Origin: an uncultured Acidobacteriaceae bacterium
Lineage (GTDB): Bacteria > Acidobacteriota > Terriglobia > Terriglobales > Acidobacteriaceae
Direction: 5' to 3'
Assembly (NCBI GenBank): GCA_963833155.1
Contig: CAWHWY010000001.1
Location: 51,328 to 115,327, forward strand
DNA length: 64,000 bases
The translations under genes were made by a program, and so were the position numbers. Below, one piece after another: positions 46,382 to 56,350 of the stretch (within the stretch, counting starts at the first letter, position 1; each line of letters opens with the position of its first letter). Under the pieces are notes generated by a model. The model did no database searches. It saw only the letters and a list, made by a program, of their open reading frames with translations, and was not told the origin of the DNA.

Positions 46382-46498
46382 TGAGTCTTTCGACCAAAAG
46401 CACAAACTACCCCGAAGGCGGGGCTAGTTCTTTCGCAAGGGGCTGGCCCTGCCTGGCAAATCAGGAATCGCGGTTTCTCTAACCGCTATACAAGGTAA

Positions 46499-46753
46499 GT
46501 GATTGAAACCATGAGTGAAAAAACGGTAGATGTCCCAATGATGTCCCGAACTAGCGGAATCGGCAGTATTGAGCTAATCGACGCGGGGGAACTTGCGGCC
46601 CGTTGGCGCGTGCCTCCGTCGTGGATTCGCAACCGGACACGCGCCCGTACTCCGAGGGAAGAACGTATCCCATGCTTGAGGCTTGGGCGCTATGTGCGCT
46701 TTGAGTGGGGATCAGTCCCATTATGGGAATGGCTGGAGAAAAAACGAAACTAA
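46499..46753 (+). CDS. AlpA/excisionase-like HTH protein
   Basis: ..IDAGELAARWRVPPSWIRNRTRA..IPCLRLGRYVRFEW..WEWLEKKR fits the MerR-like HTH_17 excisionase pattern. The start may be ATG 46511. Confidence 0.6.
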   Translation: MIETMSEKTVDVPMMSRTSGIGSIELIDAGELAARWRVPPSWIRNRTRARTPREERIPCLRLGRYVRFEWGSVPLWEWLEKKRN

Positions 46754-46766
46754 CCGCATTTCCCCC

Positions 46767-46795
46767 TTGACATGCTTAACGCTAAGTACGATAAT
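46767..46795 (+). promoter_or_regulatory. Near-consensus sigma70-type promoter (TTGACA-17-GATAAT) for the small-protein/integrase operon
   Basis: TTGACA 46767-46772, an exact 17-nt spacer, GATAAT 46790-46795. ATG 46802 lies 7 nt after the -10 box, implying a leaderless or nearly leaderless mRNA. Confidence 0.5.
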
Positions 46796-46801
46796 TCAGG
46801 C

Positions 46802-47008
46802 ATGGCGAAAAAGAAAAACCCGAACGCTGTGGCCTTGGGCAGTCTTGGCGGGACGGCCCGCGCGGAATCTCTGTCGAAGGCGAAACTTGCTAAGATCGCG
46901 AGCGAAGGCGGGAAAGCAAGGGCCGCGAAGTTATCCGCTGCTGAACTCAGCCGGATTGCAAAGCTCGCTGTTGCAGCCCGCGAACGCAAGAGAAAGGGGA
47001 ATAGCTAA
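46802..47008 (+). CDS. Small basic repeat protein (GG.AR...LS motif, two copies)
   Basis: MAKKKNPNAVALGSLGGTARAESLSKAKLAKIASEGGKARAAKLSAAELSRIAKLAVAARERKRK. The stop TAA abuts the integrase ATG 47009. Confidence 0.5.
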   Translation: MAKKKNPNAVALGSLGGTARAESLSKAKLAKIASEGGKARAAKLSAAELSRIAKLAVAARERKRKGNS

Positions 47009-48271
47009 ATGCGGAATCGAAAGCAGCACGGAACCATCGTTCGCATCGGGGGAGGCTGGTATGTCCGCTACTGGGAGCGCCGCAACGTCGGCGGGCATAT
47101 CGAGCGCAAGCGGGTGACACATCAGCTCGGCCCGGTCACTACGCGCGGCAAAAGGCCGCCGGCAGACATCAAGACCGAGGCTGAGCGCTACATGGTGAAC
47201 ATCAACAGCGGCACAATTCCAGCCGAGCGCATCGTCACCATTGGTGATTTTGTGGAGCGGGTCTTTCTGCCGTGGATTGCCACGCACAGGCGCCCATCCA
47301 CAGTGAAGGGTTATCGTGACATCTGGGAAGATCACCTGCAGCCGCTCTGTGCTTCGATGTGGCTCAAGGATACTCGAACATTCCACGTTCAAGCATGGCT
47401 GAATCAAATCGCAGCGGCCAAGCTGAGCCGCAACACGCTGAAGCACATCAAGAGTGTTATCAGCGGCACTTTCACTCTAGCGAAGCAGCAGGACTATTTC
47501 CAAAGCGAGAACCCCCGCCCGCGATAGCGCAATTGATCCCAAGGCGAGCGAACCACAGGAAACCTATGCGTACACGCTTGAGGAGTTGCAGACCATCATC
47601 AGCTTACTGCCCGAGCCCGCAGCTACGGCTTTCGCCGTCGCGGGTTTCATGGGACTGCGGCATGGAGAGATCCAAGGGCTGCTGTGGGAGAACTATCGCA
47701 ACGGCGAAATCTTCGTGTCCCGCTCGATCTGGAATGGACAGGTGAACGACCCAAAGACTCGCAAAGGCCGCGCGCCTGTGCCCGTGATTCGGCAGCTAGC
47801 GGATCGTCTGGAGATGCATCGGCTTCGCTGCGGCAACCCGCAGAGTGGGCCGATCTTCGCCAACGGCCTGGGTAGGCCGCTGGCACTGGGTAGCCTCGTC
47901 AATCGAGCCATCCTGCCCGCGCTGAATCGTTGCGAGCGATGTGGCAAGGCGGAATCAGACGCACGAAAAGGCAGACCACCCGTACAAGACGGGATGAGAG
48001 CATTCCTGAATGGCACGGCTGGCACGCTGCCCGGCGCGGACTCGGGAGCAATCTGTATCGCCTCGGGGTCCATGAACTGGTAATTCAGCGAATCCTGCGT
48101 CACGCGAACGTGAGCACAACGGCCTCGTACTACATCAAGAGCGCCGCTGATGATGTGCGGAACGCAATGACGAAGCTGGAAAACCAGATCACCGTCACCA
48201 GCCAAACGCAAACGGACACTAATGGGACACTAGCCGCCAGCAAGAGCGCGCAGCCGGGCGCGATTCAATAG
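47009..48271 (+). pseudogene. int: Tyrosine integrase (phage-type), reading frame broken three times in homopolymer runs
   Basis: N-terminal SAM-like part ..GTIVRIGGGWYVRYWE..STVKGYRDIWEDHL... Core ..AFAVAGFMGLRHGEIQGLLWENY.. and ..WHGWHAARRGLGSNLYRLGV..ILRHANVSTTASYYIK. Removing one base each from C5 47512-47516, A4 47966-47969 and G3 47991-47993 restores one ORF. Confidence 0.85.
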
Positions 48272-48303
48272 CGTGCGAAGTGATTGGGATTGCAAGATTT
48301 AAA

Positions 48304-48393
48304 TGGCGGAGGGAGAGGGATTCGAACCCCCGGTACCCTTTCAGGTATAGCGGTTTTCAAGACCGCCTGTTTCAACCGCTCACACATCCCTCC
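48304..48393 (-). tRNA. tRNA-Ser (anticodon UGA), class II, CCA encoded
   Basis: Folded by hand: acceptor GGAGGGA/TCCCTCC, 3-bp D stem, anticodon stem GCGGT/ACCGC with loop CTTGAAA, long variable arm TACC-TGAAA-GGTA, and T arm GGGGG-TTCGAAT-CCCTC. Confidence 0.9.
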
Positions 48394-48446
48394 GCGTGAG
48401 ACCAAATGCTACTTTTATTGTAATCGACCCGATCGTGCGAGATGGA

Positions 48447-49196
48447 TCAGTTATTGCCCCGTTCGCGGGCCAGCATTTCGGCCTCGGCTTGCTTCAAGGC
48501 CTCCTGCGGGTCGCGTCCCGTGACCGCTTTGTACCACGCGGGATGATGGGTCCAGGCCCAACCCTCACTAACGGTACCGCGGGTCATAGCCTGAATGGTA
48601 CCGGGCTCGCCGAAGGTGCTGAGATAGACGTGGAAGAAAATCCCAAACAGCATGATCAGCGCAGAAATGTCGTGGAGCACATACGAGATGGAGACCAGGA
48701 TGCGTCCAAAAATCTCCGGGAACCACATGATCACGCCGGTGATGACGTAGGCGATGCAGCCGCAGACAATCTCCCAGAACTGCATCTTCTGCCCGGCGTT
48801 GAAGAAGCCGGTCTCAGGAGATTCCGCCGAGTCGCTGCGGGTGACGTATTGCTTGATGTGCTTCATCCAGCGCGAATCGGCGGGCGTCCAGCGCATCACT
48901 TGCAGCCAATTGATCGCCTGTAGAGAAAAGAACAACACGAACCCCAGACCGAACCAGGGATGCAGCAAGCGGGTGGTGGCTCCGCCGCCGAACAGCGGCG
49001 TGAAGAAGCGAAAGATCCACGGCAGGTAAATGCCGAACCCGGACAGGAGCGCAAAGAAGAAGAAGATGCCGACCATCCAGTGGAGAAAACGGGTGTACAC
49101 GGGATGGCGCAACAACTCGCCCGCATAGACGACGGTGCGCCCGAGACGGTCGATGGCGTTGGTGCGGTGTTCGAAGCGATTGGCTGTGGTCGCCAT
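48447..49196 (-). CDS. fdnI: Formate dehydrogenase-N gamma subunit (cytochrome b556)
   Basis: 249 aa, four TM helices with conserved His (..FLHWMVGIFFF.., ..SYVLHDISALIM..). Directly follows fdnH. Confidence 0.85.
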   Translation of the reverse strand: MATTANRFEHRTNAIDRLGRTVVYAGELLRHPVYTRFLHWMVGIFFFFALLSGFGIYLPWIFRFFTPLFGGGATTRLLHPWFGLGFVLFFSLQAINWLQVMRWTPADSRWMKHIKQYVTRSDSAESPETGFFNAGQKMQFWEIVCGCIAYVITGVIMWFPEIFGRILVSISYVLHDISALIMLFGIFFHVYLSTFGEPGTIQAMTRGTVSEGWAWTHHPAWYKAVTGRDPQEALKQAEAEMLARERGNN

Positions 49197-50117
49197 CTAG
49201 TTCTCCTTTCCTGCGGGCTGCGGGGGCGGGTCGATCAGCCTCACCGGCGCGGTGGGCTGCGTGCGCCGCGGGCCTTCGAAGACGTAATGCATCACCACCC
49301 CCACGAAGCCCAGCATGGCGCCGAATAGCCCGATGGGCTTGAAGATGCTCTTCCAAACGGTGAAGGCCAGAGGAATTCTGGGGCTGGCCGGCAGGTTGCC
49401 GTACTTTTCGGGCTTGTTGATGTCATGCAGCACATAGATGACGCTGGTGCCGCCGATGGTGTCCGGGTCGTACACTCCGGCATCCTTGAAGCCGGAGACG
49501 TCGCGCAACTGCTTGGCGCGACCCTCGGCCAGGAACTTCATGTCGTCTTTGGTGCCGAAGTGCAAGCACCCGGTCGGACACGACTTGATACAAGCGGGCT
49601 CCAAGCCTGCTCCCACTCTGTCAGAGCAGAGGGTACATTTGTAAACCTTCTTAGTGCTGGAATTAAACTTCGGGATGTTGAAGGGACAGCCCGAGACACA
49701 GAACTGGCAACCGATGCAGTTCTCCTGCTGGAAATCGACGATGCCGTTGGAGTATTGAACAATGGCGCCATCGGCTGGACAGGCACGCAGACACCCGGGA
49801 TCGGCGCAGTGCATGCACTGGTGCTTGCGCATCAGCCAGGCGAAACTGCCGTCGTTGTGCTGGTCCTCGTTGAACTTGATGAGGTTCCAGTAGTTCCAGT
49901 CGGTGTCGGGCATGGTTTGGTAGGTGTTGTCGAACTGCGTGGTTTGGAACGGCATGTCGTTCCATTCGACGCAGGCCACCTCGCACGCCTTGCACCCGAT
50001 GCAGGTGGTGGTGTCGATGAGCTTGCACACCTTGTCCTGCCGTTGTGTGCCCTCGCCGGGTACCGGACCGGGGTGGGCCGAGATTTGCTGGATTCGTAAT
50101 GTGTTGCGATCGCCCAT
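49197..50117 (-). CDS. fdnH: Formate dehydrogenase-N beta (4x[4Fe-4S]) subunit
   Basis: CIGCKACEVAC, CMHCADPGCLRAC, CIGCQFCVSGCP and CTLCSDR..C clusters, plus a C-terminal TM anchor. Confidence 0.9.
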   Translation of the reverse strand: MGDRNTLRIQQISAHPGPVPGEGTQRQDKVCKLIDTTTCIGCKACEVACVEWNDMPFQTTQFDNTYQTMPDTDWNYWNLIKFNEDQHNDGSFAWLMRKHQCMHCADPGCLRACPADGAIVQYSNGIVDFQQENCIGCQFCVSGCPFNIPKFNSSTKKVYKCTLCSDRVGAGLEPACIKSCPTGCLHFGTKDDMKFLAEGRAKQLRDVSGFKDAGVYDPDTIGGTSVIYVLHDINKPEKYGNLPASPRIPLAFTVWKSIFKPIGLFGAMLGFVGVVMHYVFEGPRRTQPTAPVRLIDPPPQPAGKEN

Positions 50118-50129
50118 CTCGTCCCTCCT

Positions 50130-53100
50130 TTACACCTTCTCCAGCTTCACCAGGAACCCTTTGAATTCGGGGGTGAAGGCATTGGGGTCAATAACGGTTG
50201 GCGTCAGCAAGTTGGCGGGCTTCTTGGCGGTCCGGTCCACATCTTCAGCAATACCCATGAAGCCCCAATGGATCGGCATCCCGATCTGGTAGGTCTTCTT
50301 GCCGTCCACCATCATGGGCTTAATCCGCTTGGTCACCATTGCCTTGGCGATGTAATCGCTACGCGCGCTGGTCACCTTCACTTTGTCGCCGCCCTTGATG
50401 CCCATCTCCTCGGCGAGCTCGGCAGGTATCTCCACGAACGGCACCGGAACCAACTGCACATTCATGGGATTGTTCTTCGTCCAGTAGTGATAGTGTTCCG
50501 TGAGGCGATAGGTGGTGCATACCAGGTTGTAGCCGTCCTTGACGGTGCCGTACTTGTCCAGCGGGGTCTTGTACTTCTTGACCACCGGGTTGTTGGACTG
50601 GTTGGGATGCAGCAGGTTCGCAATCGGGCTCTCGATCGGTTCGTAGTACTCCGGGAACGGCCCATCCGCCATCGCGCCAAGCGGCACAAAGATGCGGCCG
50701 ACACCTTCCGGAGTCATGATAAACGGGCCCATGTGCTCTTCCGGCTTGGAATCAGGCTTGAAGTCGGGGACATCGTTGCCCACCCATTTCTGGGCGGTTT
50801 CGTTCCACCAGACCTGCTTGCGGGAGGGATCATAGGGCTTGCCCGTCAGATCGCAGGATGCGCGGTTGTACAGCACCCGCCGGTTGGCCGGCCAGGACCA
50901 ACCCCAGTTCTGGTAAACACCCATCCCTGAGGGATCGTCCGTACCGCGCCTCTGGCTCATCGCCCCGGCTTCGGTCCAGGAGCCGCAGTACAGCCAATTG
51001 CCGCACATGGTTGTACCGTCATCGTGCAGCAGGGCAAATCCCGGAAGTTGCTGTCCGGCCTTGAACGACGCACCGGTCTTCTCGTCGGTAAAGTCAGCCA
51101 GCGTTTTGCCATTGATTTCCTTCGCGATCTCCGATAGCGAAGGATGCGCCGGAAGGGTGTAGGTCCACGAGGCGTGCAGAATGGGATCGGGGAACTTGCC
51201 TCCTTCTTTCTGATACAGCTCGCGGATCTTCAGGAAAATCTGCGCCAGAATGTCCTGATCGAGGCGGCAGTCTCCCGGCGGCGGAAGGGCTGCGTTCTTC
51301 CATTGCAGCCAGCGCGCGGAATTGACGAAGGTGCCATCCTTCTCCGCGAACCCGGCCCCCGGCAGCCGGTAGACCGTGGTGTTGATCTTCTTCATCTCGT
51401 CCGCGGTTGTGCCGGGCGCCATCCAGAAGCTGCTGGTCTCATCGGGATAAATCTCGCAGACCACCAGGAAATCGGCCTTCTTCAGTGCGTCAATGTTCTT
51501 CTGCGTATCCGGGCCGATCATCACGCCGTTCATGCCAAAGGCAAAGAAGCCCTTGACCTTGCCGTTGTACATGTCGTTCCAGATATTCACCCAGGAATAG
51601 TTGCGGTCGAGCTTCGGCAGATGGTGGAAGGCGAAATCGTTTTCCTTGGTGGCGTTGTTCCCGTACATGGCCTTCAGAAACGACACCATGAACTTAGGCG
51701 TGTTCGACCAGTAATTGAACGAATCCCACTCCTTCGGCTTGGCAGTTTTGGGCGTTATTCGGTCCAGGTAGGTCTTCAAGTCTTTGTCGGCGGGCACCGG
51801 CATTTTGAGGTATCCGGGAAGGATGTCGAAGATGCCGGCCATGTCGGTGGCGCCCTGGATATTCGAGTGCCCACGCAGGGCGTTCATCCCGCCACCGGCG
51901 CGGCCTATATTGCCCATGAGCAACTGAGCCATCGCCGCCGTGCGGATAATCTGCGTCCCGAAGCTGTGCTGGGTCCAGCCCACCGCGTAGATAATGGTGG
52001 CCACCTTCTTCATGTCGCCGTCTTTGCGTATCGAGGTGAACAGGTCGTAGGACTTCAGAAGCTGATCTTGGGGGATGCCCGTGATCCGCTCCACCATGTC
52101 GGGCGTGTAACGGGAATACTGCTGCTTCAGCAATTGATAGACACAGCGCGGGTGCTGCAGCGACAGGTCGTAGGCGATGTTTGGAGGTAGCGAGGGTGGA
52201 GGCGGTGGAGTACCGGCAGGAGTCCCCTTTGCGGGAGCCGAGACCGGCATCACCGCAGCTTTCGCTTCGTGGCCCTGCGGCGGGTTCCCTGCGCCTGCGA
52301 CCGGCACGGCCTTGCCAGTTTCGTTGCCGCCCTCCTGGTAATTCCAAGTCGCCTTATCGTAGGTCTTGGTGGCATCATCGAAGCCGGAGAACAGGCCATC
52401 TTCTGGCAGTTTGAAACCTTCCTTGATGAGGAAGGCAGCATTGGTGTAGTTGACCAGATATTCCTTTGCCACGCGGTCGTGCGCAAGGGTGTAGTTGATG
52501 AGGCCGCCCAGGAAGGCAGTGTCGGTGCCGGCGCGAATTTGCAGGAAGAGATCGGCTTGAGTCGCGGTGCGGGTGAATCGCGGATCGACCACGATGATCT
52601 TGGCGTTGCGGTTCCGCTTGGCTTCAACCGCCCACTTGAATCCGCAGGGATGGTTTTCGGCCGGATTGCCACCCATGATCAACATCATGTCGGTGTTCTT
52701 GATGTCGATCCAGCCGTTGGTCATCGCCCCGCGTCCGAAAGTTGGTCCCAAACTTGAGACCGTGGGGCCGTGTCAAACCCGGGCCTGGTTTTCCAGGCCG
52801 ACCACCCCCAAGCTCCGCATCGTTTTTACGACGAGGTAATTGAACTCATTGGTATCGGTGCAGCCACCGGTGAACGCCACCGTCTCCAGACGGTTCACCG
52901 TCTGGCCTTTGGCGTCCGTCTCGATGAACGTTTCATCGCGCGTCTTCTTGGTCCAGCGCGCGATTTCGTCAACCGCCTTGTCCCACGAGATGTCCTCCCA
53001 GTGGTCGGACCCGGGACGCCTGACCTGCGGCTTCAGCAGGCGACGCTCGTTCTGAATGTCCTGCTGTAGTGACGCGCCCTTGGGACACAGCGTGCCGCGA

Positions 53101-53369
53101 TTGATCGGATGGTCGGGATCGCCCTCCACGTGGATCACCTGCGGTGTGACGTTCTTGGCTTTGTCGCCGATGCTGTGGATGATGACGCCGCAGCTTACTG
53201 CACAATACGGGCAGGTGCTGCGCGTCTCGGTGGAGCGCGAAATTTTCAGGCTCCCGGCTTGCGCCAGCAGCGGCTGCGCATCGAAGCCGAAAACAGTAAT
53301 CCCGATGGCGCCTGCTATGCCAGTCTTAAAGAATGCCCGTCTAGATACATCCATTACGCAGCCCTCCAT
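50130..53369 (-). CDS. fdnG: Formate dehydrogenase-N alpha subunit, selenocysteine-containing, Tat-exported
   Basis: Tracked ORFs 52773-53369 and 50130-52751 are one frame joined through TGA 52773-52775: ..GLENQARV-U-HGPTVSSLGPTFGRGAMTNGW.., the canonical Sec context of FdnG/FdoG. Twin-arginine leader DVSRRAFFKTG, and an N-terminal CPYCAVSC 4Fe-4S motif. Confidence 0.9.
52744..52761 (-). promoter_or_regulatory. SECIS-like hairpin after the fdnG UGA
   Basis: mRNA GGUCUC-AAGUUU-GGGACC (6-bp stem including one G-U pair) begins 11 nt after the UGA. Folded by eye. Confidence 0.5.
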
Positions 53370-53696
53370 GACGAAAGACTTGCAACCGTGAATTTGTGTA
53401 GGGAAGGAACGGAAGCGCTCGAGGAGCGCGAAATCGGAAGAGCGAAAAGGGTGCGCGCAGTGTGGTCCGCATCTTCAACTAAGCCGTTTACAGTACGACC
53501 CAGGAACACACATCTGAAGCCAAACAACGCGAAAGAGCGTATACCGGGAAACCCCTACTGGTCAAATGGATTCCGGATGGCTTAAAAAGGATGGCTGGGA
53601 ATTGAACGGGGGGCATAAACAGGCGTACGCGAAACCTCGACTTGTGAAATTGCGAAAGAAGCAAGGAGGCCCTGGGGTGGACAGCAGGGCGGCACT

Positions 53697-54500
53697 CTAA
53701 AAACCCATGAGGTTCAGGCTGATTTTGCTAAACCCGTGCTCCATCGCCCACACGTCGAGCGGCGCCGTGGCGACCTCGTCCACCAGGGGGACGGCGTGCC
53801 CGTCCACCGTCATGTCAACGCCTTTCAGGTAAGAGTGGCAGGTGTCGCAGGCCTCAACGCGAACTGCAGGGAGGCCTTCGGCCGAATAGCGTGGCAGCTT
53901 CTGATGATCTTCCTCGCCGCAAACCGGGCAAAGAATCCGCCGGAACTCCCACTCCATCAGGCAGAAAGAGCAGACGAGGAAACGCTTCCCGCCGTCGCCT
54001 TCAGGACGCAGCACCGCGACCTGCGGCTTCGCGTTGCATATCGGACACACCGAGCCGGCGAATCCAGCCAACCCTGCGGCCGGGGTTGCGGCGAGATATT
54101 CGGCCAGCGGTTGGAACAGAACCCGGGCGAAGAACGAATTGGGTCCTGCCTCATCGGCGTTGGTGGCTGCCAGGAAATCGTGCAGCATCTGCCGGTGCTG
54201 TTCTGCAGAAGCCCTGCCGATCTCGGCGGCTTGCTGCGCCAGTTTCGAAGGACCGTTCTTCTGGACGAGCGAAAGCAAGGCCGGCAACTGTTGCATCGCG
54301 AAATCAAGGTCCAGCCGCTCGCGAAACGAACCATCGCCGCCAGGAGCAGGCCGGAAGGAAATGCCGTCGTAAAGCGTCTTCTGAAATTCCAGGATTCGCG
54401 AATAGAACGCCAGGACCTCAGCGGTACTGGGATATCGCCCGGCGAGATCGATCGCACGCTCGATGCGCTTACCCCAATCGGGTTTCTTCGTCTGAATCAT
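53697..54500 (-). CDS. fdhE: Formate dehydrogenase accessory protein FdhE
   Basis: Rubredoxin-like CxxC pairs CPICNAKP..CSFCLMEWEF..CPVCGEED..CDTCHSYLK in FdhE order. Confidence 0.85.
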   Translation of the reverse strand: MIQTKKPDWGKRIERAIDLAGRYPSTAEVLAFYSRILEFQKTLYDGISFRPAPGGDGSFRERLDLDFAMQQLPALLSLVQKNGPSKLAQQAAEIGRASAEQHRQMLHDFLAATNADEAGPNSFFARVLFQPLAEYLAATPAAGLAGFAGSVCPICNAKPQVAVLRPEGDGGKRFLVCSFCLMEWEFRRILCPVCGEEDHQKLPRYSAEGLPAVRVEACDTCHSYLKGVDMTVDGHAVPLVDEVATAPLDVWAMEHGFSKISLNLMGF

Positions 54501-54708
54501 GGATCAACCGGACTTCTGGGCGTCGTCAGCAAACACTATAACAACTATCGCTGCTGTCATTGCGAAAGAAGACCGAGATCCGGCCTCCGACCGTCTCCTG
54601 CACAAGAGAGTATTCACTCTTAGCGTCACGCACCGCGGTGACATGCATCACTGACGTAACCAACGGCAAAGAGTATACAACTCCTCAGAGCGCACATCTC
54701 CCAACGTC

Positions 54709-54756
54709 AACCCTTATCAGCCACAACCCTTATCAGCCACAACCCTTATCAGCCAC
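54709..54756 (+). repeat. Perfect 3 x 16-bp tandem repeat (AACCCTTATCAGCCAC) upstream of the C1 protease
   Basis: Units at 54709, 54725 and 54741. The array ends 36 nt before ATG 54793. Confidence 0.9.
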
Positions 54757-54792
54757 ACCTTCCAATATTTGCTACGTTTTCAGGAGGTCTTT

Positions 54793-55764
54793 ATGGCGCA
54801 AGAATCCTACATTGCACAACTCCATGCGGAACTCGTTGCGAAAAATGCACGCTGGAAAGCGAGGAGAACAAGTTTAACTGATATGCCAGAGCATCTTAAG
54901 CGCATTCGATGTGGCTACATTCCTGCACCAGGACATGAGTCCTTAGAGAAACGAGAGCAACGGGCATCGGTGAACAGGATCGATTCCGCTACCCCACGTA
55001 TTCGCGAGGAGATTGGAGCAGCCGCGAGCTTTGATTGGCGGAATGTTGCAGGGGACAACTTCGTGACCCCCGTAAGAGATCAGGGAAATTGCGGGTCGTG
55101 CGTGGCATTCGGAACAATCGCGGCCGTTGAATCTGCAGTCCGTCTTATGAAACAAGATGCCCAATATCCAATCGATCTTTCTGAAGCGCACCTATTTTAT
55201 TGTCAAGCACGCGCACAGGGTCGCCGTTGTTCAGGCGAGAATGCAGGATGGTGGGTTTCAGACGCATTGGACTGCTTGAGAAAGACCGGCGTTCCAGGTG
55301 AGGCGAGCTACAAGTATCAACCTTGGGATCAGGACTGCCTATGCGGGGACGTGCACTCTGAAGTATGGATCATCGGTTCCCACGAGATCGAAGGCGCCAA
55401 GGACATGAAATCCTGGATTGAATCACATGGACCTCTAGTTACCACCATGACGGTGTACGACGATTTCTTTTCATATGGAAGCGGGGTGTATCACCACGTC
55501 ACGGGTGACAAAGTCGCCGGACACTGCATGTGCGTCGTCGGATATGACGATGATACCGGTTGCTGGATCGTGAAGAACAGTTGGGGAACAGACTGGGGCT
55601 TAGATGGCTTTGTGAACATGGGGTACGGCGAGTGTGGCATTGACGCCACCATGTATGCAGTGGAAGGTGTGCTGGCTGACATTACGGAAGAATTCGACAT
55701 ATTGGATTTGATGACCTTCAATGGAACTGAATCCGACACATTGGATTTGATGGCCTTTAGTTGA
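54793..55764 (+). CDS. Papain-like (C1A) cysteine protease without signal peptide
   Basis: ATG follows AGGAGG (5-nt spacing). QGNCGSCVAFG (catalytic Cys), GHCMCVVGYDD (His), VKNSWGTDWG (Asn/Trp). The C-terminal tail repeats FDILDLMTF / DTLDLMAF. Confidence 0.85.
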   Translation: MAQESYIAQLHAELVAKNARWKARRTSLTDMPEHLKRIRCGYIPAPGHESLEKREQRASVNRIDSATPRIREEIGAAASFDWRNVAGDNFVTPVRDQGNCGSCVAFGTIAAVESAVRLMKQDAQYPIDLSEAHLFYCQARAQGRRCSGENAGWWVSDALDCLRKTGVPGEASYKYQPWDQDCLCGDVHSEVWIIGSHEIEGAKDMKSWIESHGPLVTTMTVYDDFFSYGSGVYHHVTGDKVAGHCMCVVGYDDDTGCWIVKNSWGTDWGLDGFVNMGYGECGIDATMYAVEGVLADITEEFDILDLMTFNGTESDTLDLMAFS

Positions 55765-56273
55765 AACTAAGGAAGTGGCTAGTATCTGGGTCTGTAACAT
55801 TTGCTATCGCTAAGAAACGTCAACATGATTGCCTCATAGTTATGGGGGATTGACATTAACGAAATAGAAGGGAGTAACCGATGCGAGCAGTGTAGAAAAT
55901 CCGCCAGTAACTTTCAGGACACCAGTAGCCAATTCCTCCGTGAGATTCAATTGCTGCAAAAACTGATGAAAAACTCACAGCTGCGCCGGTGGATGGTGGA
56001 ACGCAGGATAACTCAAACTGTCCCAGCCGACAATGGGATTGTTTACATCGCTGAGCGAGACGTCGGGGAAATTTTCTTGCTGGTTTTCAGCGAATCCCGA
56101 TATGAAAAAGGAGATGTTGGCAACTTCGCTTACTGCTATGGCTAACAATCGAAAAGTTGTCACGTACCTGACGACAACAGACGAGTACGGGGTGGTTATG
56201 CGTCTTTACATGCAGGCGTAGTAGCGTCACTGCGGCCCAGGGCGTCTCACACACGGAGCATCACAAGTCTCCA

Positions 56274-56320
56274 CCCCGTCGGCTACAGCCTTCCCGCTGT
56301 GCCGACGGGGTTGGATTTTA
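56274..56320 (+). terminator. Intrinsic-terminator-like hairpin
   Basis: CCCCGTCGGC-(17 nt)-GCCGACGGGG followed by TTGGATTTTA. Lies between the protease/small-ORF region and the inhibitor gene. Confidence 0.5.
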
Positions 56321-56350
56321 CCGGCGACGATTATCATCAGGGGAGGGTTC

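Noticed and set aside
51144-52190. 348-aa plus-strand ORF (and 50268-50930, 52269-52757)
   Set aside because: These lie antisense to fdnG, whose identity is unambiguous. They are shadow ORFs.
52773-52775. Interpreting the fdnG TGA as a genuine stop (two genes or a pseudogene)
   Set aside because: The codon sits at the canonical Sec position of FdnG-type enzymes, the frame continues, and a downstream hairpin is present.
53736-54623. 295-aa plus-strand ORF
   Set aside because: It lies antisense to fdhE, with Arg-rich shadow composition.
55951-56221. Two overlapping small ORFs (58 and 39-62 codons) between the protease and inhibitor
   Set aside because: They have no RBS, no recognisable family and apparent frame discontinuity. 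They are noted as possibly one broken small gene but not annotated.
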